Below are positions 24,615 to 32,593 of a DNA stretch of 64,000 bases, piece after piece (position 1 is the first letter of the stretch; every line of letters begins with the position of its first letter). The position numbers were made by a program, and so were the translations under genes. The notes below the pieces were generated by a model, which saw only the letters and a program-made list of their open reading frames with translations, did not search any database and was not told where the DNA came from. Location: the NCBI RefSeq assembly GCF_057098645.1, contig NZ_CM169472.1. One strand, 5' to 3'.

Positions 24615-25370
24615 TTAACGCGTTTTTTCGCTGCTTTCCACTACCGGGGGATTTTTCCTCAGTGACTCTCCCTGAAGGACCACTCGGTGTGAGTTATGTA
24701 CCAGTCTGTCCAGGATGGCATCTGCTGTTGTTGGGTTCTCCATCAGACCATGCCATTTATCTACCGGGAACTGGCTTACCACTATCGTGCTGCTTTGTCC
24801 GTAACGATCCTCTATGAGCTCCAGAAGGTCATTACACTGGGCGTTACTTAACTGTTCCAGCCCCAGATCGTCCAGGATTAGAACCTGTATTTTTTGCAAC
24901 TGTTTCAGATATTTCAGCCAGCTGCCATCAACACGTCCCTGAGCCAGTTGTTCCAGTAATCGCCCGGTTCTACAGTACCGGACGCTGTGTTTCTGTCGAC
25001 ATGCCTGTTCGCCCAGCGCATTGGCTATCCAGCTCTTGCCACATCCTGTCGGACCGGTTATCAGCAGGTTTTTCCTGTGGGTTATGTAGTGGCCGTTCAG
25101 CAGTTCTCTCATCTGTTCAGCCCGCAGACCTCTTGAGGCCGGATAGCGCAGCCCTTCCGGTGTTGCCTGGTATTTCAGGCCGGCATTTTTTCTCAACCGT
25201 GCCACACGGCTGTTTTCCCTGCTCAGAAGCTCGTCATCAACCAGCAGCGTCAGCCTTTCCTCGAACGACAGTTCGTCGTAGGTCTGAGGCGTTTCCCGCT
25301 GCCGTATCAGGCTCCCGGCCATCGCCGGGAGTTTCAGTTGGGTCAGTTTGTTTAACAGGTTATCACTCAT
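24615..25370 (-). CDS. istB: IS21-family helper ATPase IstB
   Basis: Walker A GPTGCGKS and typical IstB architecture; start taken at MSDNLLNKL. Confidence 0.85.
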   Translation of the reverse strand: MSDNLLNKLTQLKLPAMAGSLIRQRETPQTYDELSFEERLTLLVDDELLSRENSRVARLRKNAGLKYQATPEGLRYPASRGLRAEQMRELLNGHYITHRKNLLITGPTGCGKSWIANALGEQACRQKHSVRYCRTGRLLEQLAQGRVDGSWLKYLKQLQKIQVLILDDLGLEQLSNAQCNDLLELIEDRYGQSSTIVVSQFPVDKWHGLMENPTTADAILDRLVHNSHRVVLQGESLRKNPPVVESSEKTR

Positions 25371-25386
25371 ACTGTTGTTCCTTCTG

Positions 25387-26952
25387 TCAGTGGTAGTAGC
25401 CCGGACCACGCAGGTTTTCATGCTCTGAAGCATATGCCGGATGTTGTTCGCCCTGGCGGGATAATGGAAGCTCCAGGTTCTCCCGATGGTGACGCAGCAG
25501 ATTGTCGATAAAGCGTCTGTCAGGGGCGTTATAGTGCAGGGCAACGTAACAGGCCTTTTCCAGCCGTTCCGGGCCGTATTTTTTCTGAAGTGCCAGCAGC
25601 CCCAGAACTGCACGATAAGCCAGTTCCGGATGGGGTTTTGCCTTCAGCATGGATTCAACCACCCGGCCTGTGGACGGGCCCGTACGTTTTCCCTGCTCGA
25701 TCAGGCGTTCCGGTGTCCATGTCCCGTGCTGCCGGTGGCGCTCTGGCATGTGAAGCGGATTGGTTGTGTGTTTATATTCATGTGTGCTGCGCGGATGTTG
25801 CGCCACACACTGCCCCTTGTGCCAGAGCTGTACCACCGACTGCCCCGCCTTCAGTGACAGACGCTGACCGACCAGTTCGTGTGGAACGGAGTACCAGTGA
25901 CGGGCATATTCAACGTGGTAGTCAGGGCCAACCTTCACAGCTTTGTATTCCGTGTATTCATAAGGTGCCAGAGGCAGCGGAGAGAGTGCTGGCGCATCCA
26001 GTATGCGGAAGCGTTCTGCACGGGTTTGATTGCCGTACCCCTTCATTGGCCGGTTATTCATGTCTGTCAGTAACTCCCTAAGGCGCGCATTCAGCGCCCT
26101 GAGCGTGTGGAAGGTTTCATTACGGATGCGGGCAAGAAGCCATCGTTCAACGATGAGGACGCCGTTTTCTGCTTTTGGTTTATCTTTAGGTTTGCGTGGT
26201 CGGGCCGGGATGATAACCGTGCCATAGTGCTCAGCCAGTGCCTGATAACTGTCGTTGATGACAGGCTCATATCGATCGGCCTTTTTCACTGCGCTTCTGA
26301 GGTTATCGGGGATGAGCAGCTTCGGTACGCCGCCCAGGAAGGTCAGGCAACGGCTGTGGGCATTTAACCATGACATCATGTCCTGACCTTCGCACGCTTC
26401 AACGTAGGTATAGTTGGACGCCCCCATTACGGCCACGAAGATTGCCACGCGGCGTATCTCACCGGTGTCCGGATTAATAACAGGAACCGTAGGACCACAG
26501 AAGTCGATAAAAAGCTTTTCGCCGGCACGATGCTCCTGGCGCATGGAGAGACGTCGCGTTTTTTTCCACTCCCGGTAGCAACGGCAGAAGTGCGAGTATC
26601 CCATCGCTTTGTTACCCGCCTGTGCCTTGTATTCCATCCACAACAGTTGCCGCGTCACACCTGGTTTTCTCATTTCCGTATCGAAGTACAACATGTCAGG
26701 CATTACAAGCTCTGATGCAAAGGTGTCTTTGGGCGGAAAAATGAGTTTCTCCAGCGTGTCATGGGATATATCAGCAGGTAATGGCCATGACAGAGAAGAG
26801 GCTTTGAAGCGGGCAAGAACCTCAAAAACGGTTGAGGCGCTGATGTGTAACGTCAGTCCGATACAACGGTTAGTCAGCTTCTTGTCGAACTTGAGCTGAA
26901 GGATCTTAAAACAGGTTTCCATAGTGCTCCTGGATTTTCTCTTTCTGGACAT
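25387..26952 (-). CDS. istA: IS21-family transposase IstA
   Basis: N-terminal HTH then DDE integrase core; start ambiguous (26922, 26952 or 27033). Confidence 0.8.
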   Translation of the reverse strand: MSRKRKSRSTMETCFKILQLKFDKKLTNRCIGLTLHISASTVFEVLARFKASSLSWPLPADISHDTLEKLIFPPKDTFASELVMPDMLYFDTEMRKPGVTRQLLWMEYKAQAGNKAMGYSHFCRCYREWKKTRRLSMRQEHRAGEKLFIDFCGPTVPVINPDTGEIRRVAIFVAVMGASNYTYVEACEGQDMMSWLNAHSRCLTFLGGVPKLLIPDNLRSAVKKADRYEPVINDSYQALAEHYGTVIIPARPRKPKDKPKAENGVLIVERWLLARIRNETFHTLRALNARLRELLTDMNNRPMKGYGNQTRAERFRILDAPALSPLPLAPYEYTEYKAVKVGPDYHVEYARHWYSVPHELVGQRLSLKAGQSVVQLWHKGQCVAQHPRSTHEYKHTTNPLHMPERHRQHGTWTPERLIEQGKRTGPSTGRVVESMLKAKPHPELAYRAVLGLLALQKKYGPERLEKACYVALHYNAPDRRFIDNLLRHHRENLELPLSRQGEQHPAYASEHENLRGPGYYH

Positions 26953-27137
26953 TGACGTCTCCACTGGTTTAAACACGGCAATGGAGACTGTGGTGAAAAG
27001 AGTTAATTCCCGGAGTGACTGGCAGGATGCCAATCAATGATCGGAAGCATGCCAAATCGTGATCGATTGTGATGCCAAACTGTGATCGGAGATGGATGCC
27101 AAATCATGATCGATTCGAATGCCAAACTGCGATCGAT

Positions 27138-27434
27138 TCAGATGCCATTTTGCACGTTAACCATGGTTTTCAGCTTCTGGATGTTTGCCCGTGCCCTGGC
27201 GTTGCTGGTGGGCACGTTATGCGGCGCGGTCTGTACCAGAGAAAAATCACGCCGGAACTGATAAACAGGCATCACGCAATCATATTCGTAACCTTCACGG
27301 CGGTAAGTTACGCACCGTCCCGCCACGCCCTTAATCATTACCGTGCCGCCGTACTGGTCGCGGTAAATATCACCGCGCGTAAATTTAGGGTGAGTGTTGC
27401 CACTGGCAGTTAAGCCAGAATATTTAAGTTTCAT
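27138..27434 (-). CDS. Hypothetical protein (98 aa); last 6 codons replaced by IS21 end sequence
   Basis: Before the IS21 insertion this gene would end ...KLKTMVNGFRGKK with its TGA overlapping the rep ATG (24490-24492). Confidence 0.5.
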   Translation of the reverse strand: MKLKYSGLTASGNTHPKFTRGDIYRDQYGGTVMIKGVAGRCVTYRREGYEYDCVMPVYQFRRDFSLVQTAPHNVPTSNARARANIQKLKTMVNVQNGI

Positions 27435-27439
27435 TATTT

Positions 27440-27673
27440 TTATTCTCCGGTGTGCTGTTCTTTATATCTGTCGTGCAATAGATCTATTTTTTGCAGTTCC
27501 ATTATTACAGGCTCAAGTAGCGTTATTAATGCCGTGGCAATTCTTGATTTTTGTTTGTCGCGTTCATTATCTCCAAGCGTGTCAAGCCATATGCGCAATA
27601 TTTCCAGCATGTTTTCACTGTGAGAAAGTGCAAGAAATGCGCGGTCTATTGTTTCAAGGTAAATATCACGCAT
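27440..27673 (-). CDS. Hypothetical protein (77 aa)
   Basis: Coupled ORF (5-bp gap to next gene, 1-nt gap after previous stop). Confidence 0.5.
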   Translation of the reverse strand: MRDIYLETIDRAFLALSHSENMLEILRIWLDTLGDNERDKQKSRIATALITLLEPVIMELQKIDLLHDRYKEQHTGE

Positions 27674-27674
27674 A

Positions 27675-27896
27675 TTAATCCCCGTCCGTCGTTTTTCTTA
27701 AAACAACTTCTGTCACGAAATCAGCATAGTTAGCGGCAATATCAAGAATATTTAGCCCTGTATCCCTGTGCTCATCAGTGCAAAGAAAGAAAAAAGCCAC
27801 CAGCATAATTTCAGATATTGACGAAAGCGCATCAGCCGCATCATCAGGAACGCCGGAAAATTCCTGTTTCAGGGAATTAAAACGATCATCACGCAT
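27675..27896 (-). CDS. Hypothetical protein (73 aa)
   Basis: First ORF of the three-gene set upstream of rep. Confidence 0.45.
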   Translation of the reverse strand: MRDDRFNSLKQEFSGVPDDAADALSSISEIMLVAFFFLCTDEHRDTGLNILDIAANYADFVTEVVLRKTTDGD

Positions 27897-27929
27897 AACC
27901 CCGTTACTTTATTCGTACCCCTTATAATG

Positions 27930-28129
27930 GGGTGTTAGCCAGCCAGACCCGGCATGATTACTGCCCCCAGTCGTCCATGATCCGGGGGGTGATGTCACCG
28001 GGTCTGGTGGGGCGCTGGTAACCGCTAATAGGGGTCAGGTCAGGCACTTTTGCCGGGACCGTCTGTAACGTGGATGCCGGTACCTGCTCCCCGTGGTTAT
28101 CTGGTTAACCCATATACAAGGGAGACAGA
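27930..28129 (+). ncRNA. Candidate IS110-type bridge (guide) RNA in the 5-prime non-coding end
   Basis: Structured GC-rich non-coding flank upstream of the recombinase, where IS110-group elements encode their bridge RNA; not verified by folding. Confidence 0.25.
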
Positions 28130-29326
28130 ATGACCGAATCCAGCGATTACGAATCCGTCCAGGTCTTTATCGGCGTTGATGTCGGTAAAGATACGCATCA
28201 CGCTGTAGCCATTAATCGTTCAGGTAAACGCCTGTTCGATAAAGCATTACCCAACGACGAAAACAAACTCAGGTCGCTAATATCTGACCTGAAACAACAT
28301 GGTCAGATACTGCTGGTTGTTGATCAGCCAGCTACCATCGGTGCGTTACCTGTCGCCGTTGCCCGCTCAGAAGGAGTCCTTGTCGGATACCTCCCTGGAC
28401 TGGCCATGCGCCGCATAGCCGACTTACACGCCGGTGAAGCTAAAACTGATGCTCGTGACGCTGCCATCATTGCCGAAGCTGCCCGTACCCTGCCTCACGC
28501 GCTACGCACGCTGAAACTGGCTGACGAGCAAATCGCCGAACTCTCCATGCTCTGCGGCTTCGATGATGATCTTGCCGCACAGACAACGCAGGCCAGCAAC
28601 CGTATCCGCGGCCTTCTGACCCAGATACATCCGGCACTGGAGCGCGTTCTCGGTCCGAGACTTGATCACCCGGCGGTACTCGATCTTCTCCAGCGATATC
28701 CCTCACCAGAAAAACTCGCTTCGCTGGGTGAGAAGAAGCTGGCAGCCCAGCTCTGCAAACTTGCGCCTCGTCTGGGTAAACGCCTTGCAGCAGACATAGC
28801 TCAGGCACTGGCCGAACAAACCGTCGTCGTTCCCGGCACGAATGCCGCTGCCGTAGTACTGCCACGTCTGGCACTCCAGCTCATCACGCTGCGTAAGCAA
28901 AGAGACGAGGTGGTGCTTGAGGTAGAACAGCGAGTTCTTGCTCACCCTCTTTACCCGGTCCTGACCAGTATGCCCGGAGTCGGTGTCAGGACCGCAGCCA
29001 GACTCCTCACCGAGGTCGCCTGCCGCGCCTTCGCCTCTGCCGCACATCTCGCTGCTTATGCTGGCCTTGCGCCGGTAACTCGGCGATCCGGCTCGTCAAT
29101 ACGCGGTGAGCATCCCTCGCGACGGGGTAATAAAGCTCTCAAACGGGCGTTGTTCCTGTCGGCCTTCGCCGCGCTCAGGGATCCGCTCTCCAGGGCTTAC
29201 TACACCCGCAAAATGAGTCAGGGAAAACGACACAATCAGGCGCTTATCGCCCTGGCGAGACGACGCTGCGACGTTCTGTTCGCCATGATGCGCGACGGGA
29301 CTTTTTATACCCCGCAGGCGTCATAA
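28130..29326 (+). CDS. IS110-family transposase/recombinase (398 aa)
   Basis: N-terminal IGVDVGKDTHHAVAIN (RuvC-like DEDD) motif and C-terminal serine-containing domain. Confidence 0.85.
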   Translation: MTESSDYESVQVFIGVDVGKDTHHAVAINRSGKRLFDKALPNDENKLRSLISDLKQHGQILLVVDQPATIGALPVAVARSEGVLVGYLPGLAMRRIADLHAGEAKTDARDAAIIAEAARTLPHALRTLKLADEQIAELSMLCGFDDDLAAQTTQASNRIRGLLTQIHPALERVLGPRLDHPAVLDLLQRYPSPEKLASLGEKKLAAQLCKLAPRLGKRLAADIAQALAEQTVVVPGTNAAAVVLPRLALQLITLRKQRDEVVLEVEQRVLAHPLYPVLTSMPGVGVRTAARLLTEVACRAFASAAHLAAYAGLAPVTRRSGSSIRGEHPSRRGNKALKRALFLSAFAALRDPLSRAYYTRKMSQGKRHNQALIALARRRCDVLFAMMRDGTFYTPQAS

Positions 29327-29339
29327 CATGCTTGACAAC

Positions 29340-29561
29340 TTAATAGGGGCACCCCCCATTTTCACAATCAGCAATAAGAATATTTTTAGCGTCATTCAGC
29401 GACCGCGTGGCGGTGTATCGGATACATTCCAGGGCGAACTGTGTCCGGTCTTTCTGTTCTTCTCCCTGCGCAAGCTCTGCAGTGCATTCAATATCGATAA
29501 GCGCGTGCATCAGCGTAGTGAGCGCGGCGGCTGCTGCGTCCGGTGTGGTTTTATTGCACAT
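29340..29561 (-). CDS. Hypothetical Cys-containing protein (73 aa, MCNKTTPDAAAAALTTLMHALIDIECTAEL...)
   Basis: AGGAGG Shine-Dalgarno 8 nt upstream; ATG overlaps the end of the preceding gene by 11 bp; stop is 14 nt from the IS110 transposase stop. Confidence 0.5.
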   Translation of the reverse strand: MCNKTTPDAAAAALTTLMHALIDIECTAELAQGEEQKDRTQFALECIRYTATRSLNDAKNILIADCENGGCPY

Positions 29562-29751
29562 GGCACACCTCCTGACGAATACGGGCGGCGAATACAGCAA
29601 CACAACCGGACGGGCAACGGCTACGCGCTTCGCGTTCCGTCCAGGCGGTTACGTGGATGATTTGAGATTCTCCGGCACTCAGTGCCAGAAAACGCCACAC
29701 AAAGGCCGTTTGTGTGTGTACAAGGTGTGGTATATGATTTACAGCAACCAT
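29551..29751 (-). CDS. Hypothetical Cys/His-rich protein (66 aa, MVAVNHIPHLVHTQTAFVWRF...CPSGC...CHVQ)
   Basis: AGGAG Shine-Dalgarno 5 nt upstream of ATG; first gene of the leftward small-gene operon. Confidence 0.55.
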   Translation of the reverse strand: MVAVNHIPHLVHTQTAFVWRFLALSAGESQIIHVTAWTEREARSRCPSGCVAVFAARIRQEVCHVQ

Positions 29752-29780
29752 AACGGCTCCTAGTTTACGTTGTTGGTTAG

Positions 29781-29825
29781 AAGCCCTGCGAGTGGTAACG
29801 ACACTTGCGGGGCTTTGTCTTTTCA
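29781..29825 (+). terminator. Strong hairpin with U-rich tail, best formed on plus-strand RNA
   Basis: 14-bp stem AAGCCCUGCGAGUG/CACUUGCGGGGCUU with two G-U pairs on the plus strand (C-A mismatches on the minus strand), followed by UGUCUUUUC. Confidence 0.45.
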
Positions 29826-29845
29826 TCGATTACCTTGATAAAGGT

Positions 29846-29924
29846 GTCAGCCACTATATTAGTAACGGGTGTCAGCCACGTCAATAGTGTTTTTCCGTTT
29901 TCTTGTGTGTATACTGTCAGCCAC
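29846..29924 (+). promoter_or_regulatory. Three direct repeats TGTCAGCCAC (29846, 29870, 29915) overlapping the promoter of the RHH gene
   Basis: Exact 10-bp repeats; the third overlaps a TATACT -10-like hexamer about 30 bp upstream of the RHH start. Confidence 0.5.
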
Positions 29925-29945
29925 CTAATAACGAGGAAATCAGAT

Positions 29946-30125
29946 ATGGCAACAAAAGCAGTTAATGCAAAATCCAAAAAGCTTGAGGCTCGAGTACCAC
30001 ACGCAATAGCTGATGCTGTAGAAAATTTAAAGGAAGATGGCGAAAGTACAGGGCAATTTATCGTTTCGGCACTTGAAGGCGAGATCAAACGCCGCCAGCG
30101 CCGCAAGGCCAAAGAATCAGAATAA
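29946..30125 (+). CDS. Ribbon-helix-helix (CopG/Arc-like) DNA-binding protein (59 aa)
   Basis: MATKAVNAKSKKLEARVPHAIADAVENLKEDGESTGQFIVSALEGEIKRRQ: beta-strand then two helices pattern; plus strand, divergent from the small-gene operon. Confidence 0.6.
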   Translation: MATKAVNAKSKKLEARVPHAIADAVENLKEDGESTGQFIVSALEGEIKRRQRRKAKESE

Positions 30126-30167
30126 TCACTATCAGCGCCGTGGTGTGAGGTATTACGGCGCATTGCT

Positions 30168-30356
30168 ATGCAGGACAACACAATGACCGATAAAGAATTG
30201 ACCAAAACATTATCACCGGCACGGAAAAGACGGCGCAGAAAGATAGAGCATGAATCAGAAAGATTCGCGCCATGTGCTTTTGCCCTTGAGCAATTCCTTA
30301 AAGAATACAGGGAAAAGCGCTCATTGCAGGTATGGCAACGAACTGAACCAGACTGA
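30168..30356 (+). CDS. Hypothetical highly basic protein (57-62 aa, contains RKRRRRK)
   Basis: ORF directly downstream of the RHH gene and upstream of an intrinsic terminator; weak ribosome-binding site. Confidence 0.4.
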   Translation: MQDNTMTDKELTKTLSPARKRRRRKIEHESERFAPCAFALEQFLKEYREKRSLQVWQRTEPD

Positions 30357-30451
30357 TTGCATTGCCCACCAGCCTGATAGCGGCTATCATCCCCGTGCTT
30401 ATGTTTGGGATCACACACACAAACGGCGCAGCGGGTTATCTGTTCAGAAAG

Positions 30452-30479
30452 GCGGCTCCATTTCGGGGCCGCTTTTTTT
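30452..30479 (+). terminator. Intrinsic terminator of the plus-strand RHH cassette
   Basis: GCGGCUCC-AUUUC-GGGGCCGC hairpin followed by UUUUUUU. Confidence 0.6.
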
Positions 30480-30625
30480 ATGCCTGAAAAACCCCAATTT
30501 TGTGGTTTTCCAGTCTCACCAGGGCGAACGAATCCCCGCCCACGTTCTGGCGTATATTCAATCTTCATGGTTATAGCTCTGTGTTCAGATGATTGATGTG
30601 TGGCGGCTGTGTGCCGCCAGCGTGA

Positions 30626-30814
30626 TTAATGAACTGCCTTGCAGCTATCCTTCCAGGCCAGAACCTCGGATAAAGACCAGCCAACGGAACGACCGCCAAG
30701 TTTACGACGTGATGGGAATTGTCCGGCCTTTTCCAGGCGGTAGCGACACGTACGGCTAAGGCCGGTTAGTTTTTCGCATTCTTTTTCACGTATAAACCGA
30801 TCAGTGCTTAACAC
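30626..30814 (-). CDS. alpA: AlpA-family phage regulatory protein (62 aa)
   Basis: LTGLSRTCRYRLEKAGQFPSRRKLGGRSVGWSLSEVLAW matches the AlpA/Xis-like HTH family pattern. Confidence 0.8.
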   Translation of the reverse strand: MLSTDRFIREKECEKLTGLSRTCRYRLEKAGQFPSRRKLGGRSVGWSLSEVLAWKDSCKAVH

Positions 30815-31188
30815 TATTGCCCCCTTTCGTTTCTTAAAGAGTTATTTCGTGTTCTATTGCGTTGAGATGTGTCTGATTGTGTCAGGATGATTCAGAGTTG
30901 GCAAATGTTGAGGCCGTATGGTTTACAGAAAGAGGAATAATCAGGATAAAATCATTTAAATTCATGTTAATACAAAGACATAAAATATTGTTTCATGCCT
31001 TTTTTCTCGCTATTTAAAGAGTGATTCGCTAGTGTATAAAAAACCAGTGACACATTAAAAATCAGCTACTTATAAATCTGTACACTTTTTCGCCTCTTGT
31101 TCGTAGTTGTTCCGCATTGTTGCTCATTGTTGCACGTTGTATCTGTTCGCATATCCAGTATGCGCATACTGAAAAAATACGAAAAAAA

Positions 31189-32406
31189 TTATTTTCTTCT
31201 GGCTACTGGTAGCGTGGTTACGTTTTCATGTGTTCCCGCCAGTATCCCTAACCGCTCCATCCACATATCCAGCGCATTGCGTTTAGCATCCAGATAACGG
31301 GAATGATTATAAACTCGCTGCATTCCTGGCATCTGGTGGCCTGTAAGCTGCTCCACGACATGCGGATCAACGCCTAAATCGTTCAGCATGGTTGTAAAGG
31401 TGCGCCGGATGTCATGCAGTGACCAGTGAGGATGATTAAGCCTCCTGTGCGCTAATCTTCCATACTGCGATACGCTGGCCTCCTGTTTCACTTCCCCCAG
31501 CAATAAGCCCGTGTGCCTGTTCTGCTCCACCAGCTGCGTGACGAACGGCAGGATCGCTTCCGGTATGGGCCGGAATATTGCGACCTTCGTTTTGCTGTGC
31601 TCCTTCGGAACGGTCCATAGCATTTCCGTAAAATCCCACTCCCCGATCTCCGATAGCCTCAGTTCTACCGTCCTGGCTCCGAAGACAATCAGGAGGCGGA
31701 TTAACGCGACGTAGTAAGGGGAAAATATTTTTTTGTCCAGTGCCTGCAATAATTCGCCAAGTTCTTTGTTACTTAAGACACGTTCGCTTATATCCGGTTT
31801 TTTCCCAACGTCCGCCACGTTCAGATCGTCCAGAACGTTGCTGATTGCATAGCGCCGCCTACGGCAGAACTTAAGCGCCTGTTTGCACGCCTGTAGCACG
31901 AATCCGGCAGTAACAGGCGTTCGCTTTGCCACCTGGTCAAAACAGGCCAGCCAGTGCCGTAGCTCGCATTTATCCAGCGGCATAGCACCAATCTGCTGTA
32001 TTACGTGATTATTAAGTCGCCTTTTCAGGGCGATATAATCCACGCGCTTTTCCTTTACGTAATACTCAAGCCAGTAGGTGAGCGCATCGCCAACCGTTAC
32101 GGGCTTTAACGCTTCCTGTACGGTGTAATTCATCTCATGACGTGGATTTTTCCCCTCAGCCAGCCATGTGCGACACTGTGCGGCTTTTTCCCTAGCTGCT
32201 TTCAGGCTCAGATCAGGATAACTTCCCAGCTTAATGCGTTCGGGTCGTGTCTCCCTTCCCGTTCCGGCCCTGTATGTGAAATACCAGGTCAATTTCCCTG
32301 ATGTTAAATATTTCACGCTCAGGTTTCCGCCATCACTATAAAACGTGTTTTTCTCCGCTGGCTTACCATGAAGTTTCCTTAGCAAGGTATCGCTCAGTTT
32401 GTTCAT
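31189..32406 (-). CDS. int: Tyrosine integrase, P4-like (about 405 aa)
   Basis: Arm-binding N-terminal domain plus catalytic R..HxxR..Y signature (HDIRRTF...RYLD); start at ATG 32406 (GTG 32418 also possible). Confidence 0.9.
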   Translation of the reverse strand: MNKLSDTLLRKLHGKPAEKNTFYSDGGNLSVKYLTSGKLTWYFTYRAGTGRETRPERIKLGSYPDLSLKAAREKAAQCRTWLAEGKNPRHEMNYTVQEALKPVTVGDALTYWLEYYVKEKRVDYIALKRRLNNHVIQQIGAMPLDKCELRHWLACFDQVAKRTPVTAGFVLQACKQALKFCRRRRYAISNVLDDLNVADVGKKPDISERVLSNKELGELLQALDKKIFSPYYVALIRLLIVFGARTVELRLSEIGEWDFTEMLWTVPKEHSKTKVAIFRPIPEAILPFVTQLVEQNRHTGLLLGEVKQEASVSQYGRLAHRRLNHPHWSLHDIRRTFTTMLNDLGVDPHVVEQLTGHQMPGMQRVYNHSRYLDAKRNALDMWMERLGILAGTHENVTTLPVARRK

Positions 32407-32444
32407 TGCTCTGCTCACGTTTTACCCCCTCTTTACGAAAAAGT

Positions 32445-32510
32445 GACTACACCAGTGACTACACCGATCGTTGCACAAAGGGCTACAACGTGAAACAAGC
32501 TGGAACAAGG
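32445..32510 (+). promoter_or_regulatory. Right-arm repeat cluster: GACTACACC x2 then ACAACGTGAAACAAGCTGGAACAAGG
   Basis: Between the int start and the chromosomal junction; mirrors the left-arm cluster. Confidence 0.4.
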
Positions 32511-32593
32511 AAAATCACAAATCTGTTGATAATCAAAAACATAATGCACAGCCTGAAACATTATGAAACAGCAAAAAACACTAAATGATAAAA

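Larger units (their letters stand above)
24516..27154 (-). mobile_element. IS21-family insertion sequence (2639 bp) with 7-bp target duplication CGTTAAC
   Basis: istA-istB pair; ends TGCG.../...TGCA with multiple subterminal GATC-TTGGCAT repeats at both ends; CGTTAAC at 24509-24515 and 27155-27161. Confidence 0.8.
27930..29339 (+). mobile_element. IS110-family insertion sequence (boundaries approximate)
   Basis: DEDD-type transposase with about 230 bp non-coding 5-prime flank; no inverted repeats expected for this family. Confidence 0.6.
14360..32593 (-). mobile_element. Integrated phage-satellite island, capsid-forming PICI-like, about 18 kb including IS21 and IS110 insertions; left boundary approximate (between 14360 and 14443)
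   Basis: Integrase at right end next to the truncated tqsA junction at about 32593; all island genes on the minus strand; capsid/packaging module without tail or lysis genes. Confidence 0.75.

Noticed and set aside
30250-30576. 108-aa plus-strand ORF downstream of the RHH gene
   Set aside because: Overlaps the basic ORF in another frame and reads through the intrinsic terminator at 30452-30479; no ribosome-binding site.
14360-32593. Complete functional prophage
   Set aside because: No tail, tape-measure, baseplate, lysis or classical cI/cro genes; architecture fits a satellite, not an autonomous phage.
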